A stretch of DNA of 34,248 nucleotides, from the NCBI GenBank assembly GCA_963777605.1, contig CAVZRV010000045.1, positions 1-34,248 on the forward strand, in the 5' to 3' direction. The notes under the pieces are model-generated. The model made no database searches. It saw nothing but the letters and a program-made list of their open reading frames with translations, and was not told where the DNA came from. Every line of letters starts with the position of its first letter. The stretch's first letter is position 1. Positions 26,097-34,248 of the stretch are shown here, one piece after another. Both the position numbers and the translations under genes were made by a program. This DNA is from an uncultured Acidobacteriota bacterium (GTDB lineage: Bacteria > Acidobacteriota > UBA6911 > RPQK01 > JAPXNP01).

Positions 26097-26285
26097 CTAA
26101 CCTGGAATCTCGGCTTCGACCAGTTTCGCAAGTAGCGTTAGCGATTCCTGCCAGCCAAGGTAGCAGGCTTCCGGAGGGATAACATCGGGTACGCCTTCCT
26201 GCACGATCTCCAGTCCGGTGCCAACGGAAACCTCCTTTAGCGTCATCGTCACCTGGCGTTCGCCGGGCAGGTTCGGGCCGTCGTC
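26097..26285 (-). pseudogene. 3' remnant of an SRPBCC/AHSA1-family gene (absent from the ORF track)
   Basis: Manual translation DDGPNLPGERQVTMTLKEVSVGTGLEIVQEGVPDVIPPEACYLGWQESLTLLAKLVEAEIPG*; N-terminal half missing; begins right after the vapC stop. Confidence 0.8.
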
Positions 26286-26681
26286 TCACTCGATCAGTTC
26301 GGCTCGAAGGTGGACACCTGGTGCACGGGCCAGCTTGGCATCACACGTTAGCAGGACCGTTTCCAGCGCTTCGGCCAGAGCGACATAGACGGCATCATAA
26401 GCAGACAGATTCTCCCGTAACTCCCAGACTCGCTCCAGAAGCGGTTCGTGTGCGTGCCGTTCCAGGTCGAGCGAGCGGAGATCTTCGAGAACCGTCAACG
26501 CCGGTGCCGGTTCGAGTTCACCTTCCCTCACGAAGCGGCGCAGCACCTGGGTGATTTCGACGTCGGCGAGATGCGGAACGTGGAGACTGAGGGCCGGGTC
26601 CTGGATCCGAACGCTGACAGACTTTCCACGAGCGGTGCCCAGAAGCAACTCCAGAAGAGCGGAGGCGTCGAGGACGATCAC
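26286..26681 (-). CDS. vapC: VapC PIN-domain toxin
   Basis: IVLDASA..., E in ADVEI, NLSAYDAVYVALAE, LLTCDAKL; GTGA overlap with the antitoxin gene. Confidence 0.95.
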   Translation of the reverse strand: MIVLDASALLELLLGTARGKSVSVRIQDPALSLHVPHLADVEITQVLRRFVREGELEPAPALTVLEDLRSLDLERHAHEPLLERVWELRENLSAYDAVYVALAEALETVLLTCDAKLARAPGVHLRAELIE

Positions 26682-26911
26682 CTTGCGTCTCGCTCCATCC
26701 GAATCGCCTCGGTCGGGCTCAACTTGAAGACCCGATCGGCTTGAGTCCGGAGCCGTTCCAGGACCTCATGGCGCATTGGGCGCTCCAACGACTTGCGCAA
26801 CTCGCGCAACACGTAGTCCGACATCGACATCCCTTCAAGAGCCGCCCGGGCCTTCAGCCGCCGATGGAGTTCAGGCGGCACATTGCGGATCTGAACCATG
26901 GTCTTTGACAT
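26678..26911 (-). CDS. FitA/VapB-like ribbon-helix-helix antitoxin
   Basis: MVQIRNVPPELHRRLKARAALEGMSMSDYV; directly upstream of vapC. Confidence 0.92.
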   Translation of the reverse strand: MSKTMVQIRNVPPELHRRLKARAALEGMSMSDYVLRELRKSLERPMRHEVLERLRTQADRVFKLSPTEAIRMERDAR

Positions 26912-26946
26912 GAAATTAGTCTATTTTCATCGCTATTTCATGTCAA
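26905..26946 (-). promoter_or_regulatory. Leaderless sigma70 promoter plus operator of the TA module
   Basis: Minus strand TTGACA-N17-TAGACT-N6-ATG; perfect 12-bp inverted repeat TTGACATGAAAT (26905-26916) / ATTTCATGTCAA (26935-26946). Confidence 0.85.
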
Positions 26947-26962
26947 TAGCGGCTCCTCAAGC

Positions 26963-27160
26963 CTAGGCGATCTTGCAGAATCCCACACACTTCTTCACTT
27001 CGGCGGCATTGGCCAAAGGTTCTGCGGCCGCGGCATCGACTGGAGGATGGGTCTCCGTGCAGGCCGCAGGAAAGCAGAGCAGGGCCAGGACGAGTGCGCA
27101 GAGGCTGCGGGTCGGGCCCTTGTTCTCCGAGACGGCAAAAGGTGATCGCAATGACTTCAT
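26963..27160 (-). pseudogene. Short ORF with secretion/lipoprotein-like signal; likely a truncated 5' gene remnant
   Basis: SD GGAGAGG; hydrophobic LCALVLALLCFPAAC; stops after 65 aa next to the TA promoter. Confidence 0.4.
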
Positions 27161-27245
27161 GGCACCTCTCCGAATTCGACTTCAGCGGAGTCCGCTGTCA
27201 AGCCGATTCAACCACGTTCAACTCGCCTCCGCTACCCCGCAAAGC

Positions 27246-27349
27246 AGTCCACGCTGCCCTGCCTGGCACGGTGCCCGCGCGGCTTGCCCGACGACGGTGG
27301 AGTAATCCAGCGAGCCGTGCCTGGAATGTCATCCGGGCAGCCTGCCCGG
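27246..27349 (+). repeat. Two tandem copies (58-bp period) of the 47-bp double-hairpin submodule of the dispersed repeat
   Basis: 27303-27349 matches 7724-7770 and the reverse complement of 29782-29828 (39/47 by manual count); 27246-27290 is a degenerate copy (36/45 vs 7725-7769). Confidence 0.8.
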
Positions 27350-27430
27350 AACCCTTGACATAGCCGCGGGCTTCAGGTAATCGAGTAGACGCAAGGATCC
27401 TGAGCTCGAGTAGATGGTGCCTCACAGCCT

Positions 27431-28324
27431 ATGAACGTCGCCGATCAAAGTGCACATTGGAACAGTGTTTCCAGTTCCTGGTCATTTCTGGGACCTCCGC
27501 TGAAACCGTCCCCGGAGGACATTCAGGTCATCCTCGAGGTTGTCGCTCGGCACCGCCTCGAGCGGGGCGGGGGACGGTACCGGGTGGTGCTCTGGGGCGT
27601 CACGCCCGAACTGGCTTTGATGGAATGGCCCGCTGAAACCGACCTTTTGGCCATCGATCACGCTCCCCAGATGCTTGAATCGGTATGGCCGGGAGATGTC
27701 CCCGGGTTCAGAAAGGCAACCTGTGGAGAATGGGCGGATACGCTCCGGCTTGCGGGTGGGGGGGGCCTCGACTTGATAATCGGTGATGGCAGCCTGAGCT
27801 GCGTCGGCTACCCCGGGCAATACCGCGAACTGGCAAGTGTGGCAGCTGAGAGTCTGCGCGCCCGGGGACTGGGCATCCTGCGCCTTCACGCAGCCGTCGA
27901 GGTTCGCGAGAAGCCGGAGCAGGTAGTCGAGGATCTGCTGAATCTTCAGATCGGCAACTTCCACGTTTTCAAATTCAGACTTGCCATGGCGCTGCAGGAG
28001 AGCCCGGAAGACGGGGTTGAACTCGCAGAGGTCTGGAGCTACTGGAAGACTCTCGAGATTGACGAAGAAAGCCTCTCCAGGCGGACGGGTTGGGACCCCC
28101 GGGTAATACGGACCATCCATCTCTATCGTGGGAAAAGAGATCGGTACTCGTTCCCAACGGTGAGCGAGCAACTCAGGGCCCTGGAGCCTCAGCTCGAAGT
28201 CGTGGAGGTTCGGATCCCGCAGTATGAGATGGGAGAACGCCGCCCGATTGTCGTTCTTTCGAAGCGAGAGCGGGCTTGCGGTGCCGAAGGAGACACGGCA
28301 GATGCCGGTCGTGAATCGGACTGA
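27431..28324 (+). CDS. Class I SAM-dependent methyltransferase-like protein
   Basis: VVLWGVTPEL (degenerate motif I), LAID..PQML, DLIIGDG, L..RGL.ILR. Confidence 0.72.
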   Translation: MNVADQSAHWNSVSSSWSFLGPPLKPSPEDIQVILEVVARHRLERGGGRYRVVLWGVTPELALMEWPAETDLLAIDHAPQMLESVWPGDVPGFRKATCGEWADTLRLAGGGGLDLIIGDGSLSCVGYPGQYRELASVAAESLRARGLGILRLHAAVEVREKPEQVVEDLLNLQIGNFHVFKFRLAMALQESPEDGVELAEVWSYWKTLEIDEESLSRRTGWDPRVIRTIHLYRGKRDRYSFPTVSEQLRALEPQLEVVEVRIPQYEMGERRPIVVLSKRERACGAEGDTADAGRESD

Positions 28325-29597
28325 AGCAGTCTGGATTTTGGCGGCGAAAGGCTTCTTAACCCGGGAAGCGTTGCGCCGGTTTCAGTCCCGTCAACTGGTT
28401 TCGCTGGTCCGTTACGCAGGTGCAAGTGTCCCTTACTATCGGCGCCTCTTTAAGAAACACGGCTTCGACCCGAGAGCGTTTCGGGGGATCCAGGATCTTG
28501 GGGATATCCCCATCAGCTCCAAGGATGACCTGATCTCCGCCATCCCGGAAGACCTGGTCAGTTCCCGGGTGAAGAACCGGAGACTTCTCGCCCGCACCAC
28601 CTCGGGATCGACGGGGCGACCGTTCACGGTTCGCTGCACCCGCTTTGAAGACCGCTATTTGAGTGCACTCCGCTTCAGGGTGTACATGAAGATGGGAATG
28701 AGAATCAGGGACTCGGTCGCCGGGATCCGGTTCGTTGGTGGAGATTCCCGAAGAGAGCCGTGGGTCGGCTTTCTCAACCGCCTGGGAATGTTCCGGGTCA
28801 GCCGTCTCAATTCGTCGTTGAGTCCGCGCGAAATAGCCCATCGGCTGGACGGGATTGGCGCCGACGTCGTCAGGGGATACGCCAACCTGACGTCCCTGGT
28901 TGCCGACGCCGTTCAGGAGGCAAACCTTGAGGTGCGCCCCCGGATGGTGATTGTTGGAGGAGACACATTGACGCCGGGCATGAAACAACGGATTGGCGAC
29001 GCCTTCCAGGCGCCCGTCCGGGAAGTCTATGGCAGTCATGAGTTCAACATGATTGCCTGGGAGTGCAAGGCGACTGGGAGTCTGCACGTTTGCGAGGAAG
29101 GAGTCGTTCTCGAGGTCATTCGGGAGGGGCGACCCGCCGCGGCGGGCAAGAGAGGAGAAGTCGTTGCAACGGCACTGCATTCCTTTGCGCAGCCCTTTAT
29201 ACGGTTCCGCCTTGGTGACGTTGCCACCCAGGGTGGGGGACCTTGCAGGTGTGGGGCGCCCTACAAGACGATCGATTCAATCGAGGGAAGGATCTATGAC
29301 CGGATTATCCTTCCGGACGGCCGCGCCGCTTCCCCGGGCGACGTCCTCTCCCGCCTGGAGCAGGGCTTCGATTGGGTCAAGCAGTACCAGATGGTCCAGG
29401 AGCGCAGTGACCTGGTTGTGCTTCGCCTGGTGCCCAAGACGGCACCGCCTTCAGGCGATGTCGAGGCGATCGACGGGATGATGGAGGGATTCTTGGGTCC
29501 TGGGATCAGGCACCGCGTCGATCTCCTGGAGGCCATACCCCTGGCCCCTGGAGAGAAGTTCAGGGCCTCAATTTCGAAGGTCTTTTCCAACTACTGA
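28302..29597 (+). CDS. Phenylacetate-CoA ligase / CapK-like adenylate-forming enzyme
   Basis: VPYYR, TSGSTGRP, YGSHE, PFIRFRLGD, IEGR..D; start ATG 28302 after AAGGAG. Confidence 0.9.
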   Translation: MPVVNRTEAVWILAAKGFLTREALRRFQSRQLVSLVRYAGASVPYYRRLFKKHGFDPRAFRGIQDLGDIPISSKDDLISAIPEDLVSSRVKNRRLLARTTSGSTGRPFTVRCTRFEDRYLSALRFRVYMKMGMRIRDSVAGIRFVGGDSRREPWVGFLNRLGMFRVSRLNSSLSPREIAHRLDGIGADVVRGYANLTSLVADAVQEANLEVRPRMVIVGGDTLTPGMKQRIGDAFQAPVREVYGSHEFNMIAWECKATGSLHVCEEGVVLEVIREGRPAAAGKRGEVVATALHSFAQPFIRFRLGDVATQGGGPCRCGAPYKTIDSIEGRIYDRIILPDGRAASPGDVLSRLEQGFDWVKQYQMVQERSDLVVLRLVPKTAPPSGDVEAIDGMMEGFLGPGIRHRVDLLEAIPLAPGEKFRASISKVFSNY

Positions 29598-29608
29598 GCC
29601 ATCAATGG

Positions 29609-29948
29609 TGAGCCCCGCCCCCGCGCGGCCGGACCATTCCGAGAGTGAAACTTGCCACGAGTGTTTTGAACCGCAAAGACGCGAAGGCGCGAAGAAATCT
29701 CTTGTTTTCAACAATATCGCCCCTGGCGTCTTGGCGTTTCAATTTCGCGATAGGCGACGGCTCCTTTGGGAACGGCAATTGCCGGGCAAGCTGCCCGGGC
29801 GACATACCAGGTACGGCTGCCTGGATCACCCTGCCCCGACCTTGCCGGTTAATCCAGGTCCTCCAAATCATCCAAGCCTTCCAGTGCATCCAAGATGAAG
29901 TCAGCCCCGCCCCCCGCGGCCAGCGCGGATCATTCAGAGAGTGAAACT
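29609..29948 (+). repeat. Dispersed hairpin-rich repeat, copy B, followed by a direct re-start of its first ~45 bp
   Basis: 29609-29897 is the inverted homolog of 7636-7956; 29901-29948 repeats 29609-29652 (AGCCCCGCCCCC..CATTC.GAGAGTGAAACT). Confidence 0.9.
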
Positions 29949-30103
29949 GGACCTGGCGCTGGCGCCTTGGTTTCAGCCCAGGGCTTGCCCTGGGTCTGTG
30001 GTCCCGGCAAGGCGATCGCGGCCTGTAAGGTCGCGCCGATTCTTCACGTCCGGAGAGCTGTGCCGCCCTTTCAGGGCTGGATTCTTGATGGGGGAACCGT
30101 AAA
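29949..30103. repeat. REP-like palindrome doublet interrupted by the IS (continues at 31903-31928)
   Basis: Hairpins CCCAGGGC-TT-GCCCTGGG 29977-29994, GCCCTTTCAGGGC 30065-30077, GGCCCCCTTCAGGGGCC 31912-31928. Confidence 0.6.
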
Positions 30104-30144
30104 GGGGCTGTATCAAAAAGGTGTCCAGCCTTCGCTTGTTTCCC

Positions 30145-30176
30145 GCTGACCCGGCCTTTTTCGCGGCCGGGTCAGC
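30145..30176. terminator. Hairpin inside the IS end, downstream of the transposase
   Basis: GCTGACCCGGCC / GGCCGGGTCAGC, 12-bp perfect stem with 8-nt loop; no clear U-tract. Confidence 0.45.
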
Positions 30177-30248
30177 CGGCTTCGGCAACCAATCTAATCC
30201 AGTCGTATCCGTTCGTTCTTTCGGCCTATTCGAGCTCTTATTTCCGGT

Positions 30249-31798
30249 TCAGATCGGCTGTGCTGCCGGACTGGCCAGGCGCATCAGATTCATCGCGATC
30301 ACCAGATAGCCCAACTCGACGGTCGCCTTCCCGAATCCCCGCAACCGAAACCGGGTAAACCCCAGATTCCGTTTCATCATCGCAAACCGCGTCTCCGTCT
30401 CCCATCCCCGCCGCTGACGCAGCTTGACTCCCTCCTCCGACGTCAGCCTTTGCCGCACCCGCGACTGATGGCTTAGTTTCGGCAGCCGTTTCAGGGTCGG
30501 TTGCCTTCCCCCTGTGTGCAGTTCGACTTCCACCGACAACCCGGCAATCCGCACACGCGTAGACGATCGCCTCGGTGACATAGCCCGATCGCCGTTCCAC
30601 CCATCATCCCCCGTCCTCACCAACCGACGCCCCTCGGGGCAGATATACTCGTCTCGATCTGCGTCGTATCCAAACGCCGCCTTCTCAAATCGCTTCAGCT
30701 TCCCCGTCACCTCCCGGTGCCAGCCCGGGTACTTCACATATCCTTCGATCCCCCGTCCTCAAGCGCCTCGTAGTTCTCCTCGGTTCCGTAGCCCGCATCC
30801 GCGATCACGCGCTCCGGCTTCCCGTCCAACCCCTGCCGGTCCCGCGCTTCCAGATGCCCGGCCAACGCACTGGCATCATTCGGACTCTGGCTCACCGAGT
30901 ACCCCATGATGAACCCGTTTTCCGTCCCCACCTGCACGTTGTAGCCCGCCCGCAATTCCCCGTTCTTCATCCGCATGAACGTCGCCCCGGCGTCCGTCTT
31001 CGAGTACGAGTTCCGCTCCCCCAGTTCCGCCTGTTGAGCCTCATACTTCTGCAGCTTCTCCGCCTCCTGCTCCAGACGCCGCACCGCCCGCTGCTTCGGA
31101 TCCTTTTTCGCTTCCCCTCGCTCTTTCCGGGCCTGCTTTTCCTCCAACTCCCGTCCCAGCCGTTTCGCCGCCTCCCGGATCGCCTCCGCCGTCAACTGCG
31201 TCCCTTCCCCCGTCTCTTCCAGATCCCGATCCCCATATTCCTCGTCTTCTTCCCGGTTGATCCGCTCCACCTCGGCCAGAATCTCTTTCGCCCGCTGCCG
31301 GACTCGTGCCGCATATCGCTCTGCGTTCTTGCGCCAGACCGCCGTGTACTTCCCCGCATCCGCCTCCACCAGCGTCCCGTCCACGAAATAGTCCCGTCCC
31401 TTCACGTACCCCTGCTCCAGCAGCAGTTCCATCAACTGCCCAAAGACCTCTTCCAGGCATTCCGCCAGGTGGACCGACCGAAATCGGTTCACCGTGTTGA
31501 AGTCCGGCCGCTCCAAAGCCGACAACCACAGAAAGTTCAGGTTCTGCCGGCACGCCTTCGCAATCCCTCGACACGAGTACACCCGTTGGCTATAGGCGTA
31601 CAAAAGTATCTTCAGCATCACCCGCGGCGAATACGCAGGACGTCCCCGCCGCTTCCACCGCCGACCTTCGATCATCCGCCTCGGCAGGGTCTCCACAAAT
31701 TCGTCCACCACCCGCACCAGATCCTTCTCCGGGACCATCGATTCCAGGTCGGGCGGCAGGAGCAGCAACTGCTTTTGATGGTTGGGACGAAAGGGCAC
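30249..31798 (-). pseudogene. IS1182-family DDE transposase, frameshifted in its 3' third
   Basis: GRPAYSPRVMLKILLYAY, PDFNTVNRFR, VDGT, SKTDAGATFMRMK, GYNVQ, ADAGY; C-terminal DEYICPEG and MKRNLGFTRFRLRG pieces split across ORFs 30734..31798, 30249..30737 and 30238..30600. Confidence 0.92.
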
Positions 31799-32040
31799 GA
31801 AAACACCTCCAAAATCTTCGTTACCCTATCATTTTATTATACTTAGGTGACAATTCTGACCTTGCTTGACGCTTTGAGGAGGGGGACTTTTGATACAGCC
31901 CCCTGGAAACAGGCCCCCTTCAGGGGCCAGTCCGGCGCCGATCCCGTGATCATCACTCATCCACGTCTGGCACCAGACCAGGAACCAGGATCCAGCCGAT
32001 AATCACGTCCCTGGCTCTCCACCGATCGCCTCAATCCCCG

Positions 32041-32090
32041 TCCAGACGCATCCAATTCGTCCAGGTTTTTCAACTCATCCCAAATGAAGT
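32041..32090 (+). repeat. Degenerate 9-bp-periodic TCCA tract related to the tail of the dispersed repeat
   Basis: TCCAGACGCA TCCAATTCG TCCAGGTTT TTCAACTCA TCCCAAATG AAG resembles 29853-29900. Confidence 0.45.
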
Positions 32091-32213
32091 TTCAGGTCAG
32101 CTTGCCCAGTGACCACCAGGAGACTCCGCCGCCCAGACTTGCCATGGAAGCTCCCTCCGGACTATCTTGGGCACGCTGTTTATTGCCAATCCCACTCCAC
32201 GAGAGAGGTCTGC

Positions 32214-33920
32214 ATGCGCGGTTTTGAGTCTTGGAAGCGGTTGATTCCGGTGTTGGTTGTCGGTACGTTTGCCCTCGTGAACCTTTCTGCCCAGGACGGA
32301 GGAACCCGGCGGTTTATGATGGGAAAGACCCGGGCAATCGTTTCGACTCCGAACGGCATGGTGGCAACGAGCCAGCCACTGGCCGTCATGGTTGGTCTGG
32401 ACGTCCTCAAGAAAGGGGGCAACGCCATCGATGCAGCGGTAGCCGCGAACGCCATGATCGGAATTGCGGAGCCCGCCAATTCCGGAATCGGGGGCGATTT
32501 GTTCGTGATTTACTGGGATGCCCGATCACAGAAACTCTACGGACTCAATGCCAGTGGACGCTCGCCTTACGCAATCGATATCGATGCCGTGAAATCGCGG
32601 GGCTACACGGCGATTCCGGCTCAGGAGCCGGCGGTTTGGACGGTGCCCGGGTGCGTTGATGGCTGGTCGATGCTGCTGGAGCGTTTCGGAACCATGGGTC
32701 TTGGGCAATTGCTGCAGCCTGCAATCGAATATGCCGAGAGCGGCTTTCCGATCAGGGGTTGGGACGATCCGGGGCCTGACTACTACGAGATTCCCGGGTT
32801 CGCCGACACCTACATGCCGGATGGCCACTTTCCGAAGAACGGAAGTTTCTTCAAAAACCAGGCCCTGGCGGACACCTATCGAATGATCGCCCGCAGCGGT
32901 CGCGATGCCTTCTACAAAGGTGAAATTGCCGAGCGCATCGTGAAGTTTTCAAAGCGGCACAACGGGTTCCTCAGCATGAAGGATTTTGCCGATCAGCACG
33001 GACAGTGGGTCGATCCGGTTTCGGTTGACTACCGGGGCTATCAAGTCTGGGAACTTCCTCCCAACGGGCAGGGAATCGCCGCGCTCCAGATGCTGAATAT
33101 TCTCGAGGGGTATGACCTTGCCTCCATGGGATTCAACAGCGCCCAATATCTGCATGTCTTGATCGAGGCCAAAAAGCTGGCCTTCGCCGACCGCGCCCGC
33201 TACTATGCGGACCCGGAATTTGCGAAGATCCCGCTCGATCGCCTGCTCTCCAAGGAGTATGCCGCCGAGCGGCGAAAGCTGATCCGGCCCGACCGCGTCC
33301 TGATGACCGACTCGCCGGGCGACATGCCGGAAGAGCACGACACCATCTTCATGGCGGTTGCCGACAAGGACGGCAACATGGTGAGCCTGATCCAAAGCAA
33401 CTCCTGGGCGTTCGGATCGGGATGGGTGCCGAACCACCTCGGTTTCGTCCTGCAGAATCGGGGTGCGATGTTCAATCTCGATCCGGAGCATCCCAACCGG
33501 CTGGAGCCTCACAAGCGCCCTTTCCACACCATCATCCCCAGCTTTGTCACCCGGAACGGCCGGCCCTGGCTGAGCTTCGGGGTGATGGGCGGCAACATGC
33601 AGCCTCAAGGCCACGTCCAGGTGCTGGTCAACATGATCGATTTCGGAATGGACATCCAGGAAGCGGGGGACGCCCCCCGAATCCGTCACATGGGTTCCAG
33701 CCAGCCCTGGGGGGAGCGGATGGAACAGGGCGGGTCGGTCGCATACGAGGTCGGCGTGGCCCAGGGAGTCATTCGCCAGCTCGAGCACCTTGGACACCGC
33801 ACAAACCCGCTGGGATCACAGCAGTTTTTCGGGGGCTACCAGGCCATCCTCAATGATGGGGAAGGGAACTGGCACGGAGCGAGCGACCCCAGGCGCGCCG
33901 GCTGCGCCTTTGGCTACTGA
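32214..33920 (+). CDS. ggt: Gamma-glutamyltransferase (secreted)
   Basis: Start ATG 32214 after GAGAGG, signal peptide; GGNAIDAAVA, GIGGD, PPNGQG, nucleophile HDT, PHKRPFHT, GVMGG, GASDPR. Confidence 0.96.
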   Translation: MRGFESWKRLIPVLVVGTFALVNLSAQDGGTRRFMMGKTRAIVSTPNGMVATSQPLAVMVGLDVLKKGGNAIDAAVAANAMIGIAEPANSGIGGDLFVIYWDARSQKLYGLNASGRSPYAIDIDAVKSRGYTAIPAQEPAVWTVPGCVDGWSMLLERFGTMGLGQLLQPAIEYAESGFPIRGWDDPGPDYYEIPGFADTYMPDGHFPKNGSFFKNQALADTYRMIARSGRDAFYKGEIAERIVKFSKRHNGFLSMKDFADQHGQWVDPVSVDYRGYQVWELPPNGQGIAALQMLNILEGYDLASMGFNSAQYLHVLIEAKKLAFADRARYYADPEFAKIPLDRLLSKEYAAERRKLIRPDRVLMTDSPGDMPEEHDTIFMAVADKDGNMVSLIQSNSWAFGSGWVPNHLGFVLQNRGAMFNLDPEHPNRLEPHKRPFHTIIPSFVTRNGRPWLSFGVMGGNMQPQGHVQVLVNMIDFGMDIQEAGDAPRIRHMGSSQPWGERMEQGGSVAYEVGVAQGVIRQLEHLGHRTNPLGSQQFFGGYQAILNDGEGNWHGASDPRRAGCAFGY

Positions 33921-34248
33921 ACAGTAGCGCTGTCGAAGGCCAGGAGTGGGGGGAGGGAGCCGGGATTCAACGATGGGAAATGAATGAAAGTTTGGCGTCG
34001 CGTTCACTCCGTTCGCGTTCTGAACAGCGAGCCCAATGACAGGATTATCCGTGGCAGGTTTCACTCTTTAAGGGATCCGGCCATTGTTCCTGGAACTCGG
34101 CGTTGTTACGATCCGTTGGAAGGGAGGTTCGAGCGATGGACCTTGGCGGGCAAGATTCCCGTGGGTGAATCAGGATTACGTAGATCGGTTCGGAAAACCC
34201 CCGCTACTCGACTACGGCCGGGAGTTGTTGAACTGGACAATGTGATCG

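Larger units (their letters stand above)
30104..31902 (-). mobile_element. IS1182-family insertion sequence (~1.8 kb)
   Basis: 15-bp terminal inverted repeats GGGGCTGTATCAAAA (30104-30118) / TTTTGATACAGCCCC (31888-31902); no target duplication visible. Confidence 0.92.

Noticed and set aside
26286-26288. Selenocysteine recoding of the vapC TGA
   Set aside because: VapC is already full length, the position is not a Cys-equivalent site, and no convincing SECIS follows.
30700-30770. Programmed frameshift in the transposase
   Set aside because: IS1182 transposases are single-ORF, and there are several further indels downstream.
30854-31846. 330-aa plus-strand ORF and other long antisense ORFs (e.g. 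4391..5455, 8833..9759, 14960..16003, 24482..25606, 32949..33797)
   Set aside because: Shadow ORFs opposite well-supported genes in GC-rich DNA; no motifs.
33921-34248. Gene start at the right edge
   Set aside because: The SD-led ATG near 34136 closes after about 10 codons; other frames lack recognisable motifs; undecidable without downstream sequence.

Overview
A roughly 60% GC bacterial window, probably from an anaerobic or facultative Acidobacteriota-like genome (inferred from domain content). From left to right it holds: (1) a DUF2946/CruR-type leader peptide (CxxC plus C-terminal RAPP) with a 7-1-7 operator and an anti-SD hairpin, ahead of a TonB-dependent receptor that seems to carry an extra N-terminal OB-fold module; (2) an M20 peptidase, purEK and a divergent winged-helix regulator; (3) a secreted octaheme cytochrome c broken by a 4-bp duplication; (4) a ~14 kb 'Orange protein' (ORP)-type locus with two PAS(C-X8-C-X3-C) sigma54 activators, three NifB/NifX-family genes, DUF5320, TrmO, a radical SAM protein, two 4Fe-4S MinD-like ATPases and a PaaI thioesterase, followed by an NTP-transferase / CooC-like / Usp / metal-permease operon; three sigma54 promoters with paired enhancer palindromes can be read directly from the DNA; (5) a Tat-exported alkaline phosphatase, a leaderless vapBC module between two gene remnants, a methyltransferase + PaaK/CapK-like ligase pair, an IS1182-family element sitting in a REP-like doublet, and ggt. 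A modular hairpin-rich repeat recurs at several intergenic sites. Several indels break otherwise intact genes, so sequencing or assembly errors are plausible. No database searches were run; family calls come from motif recognition.
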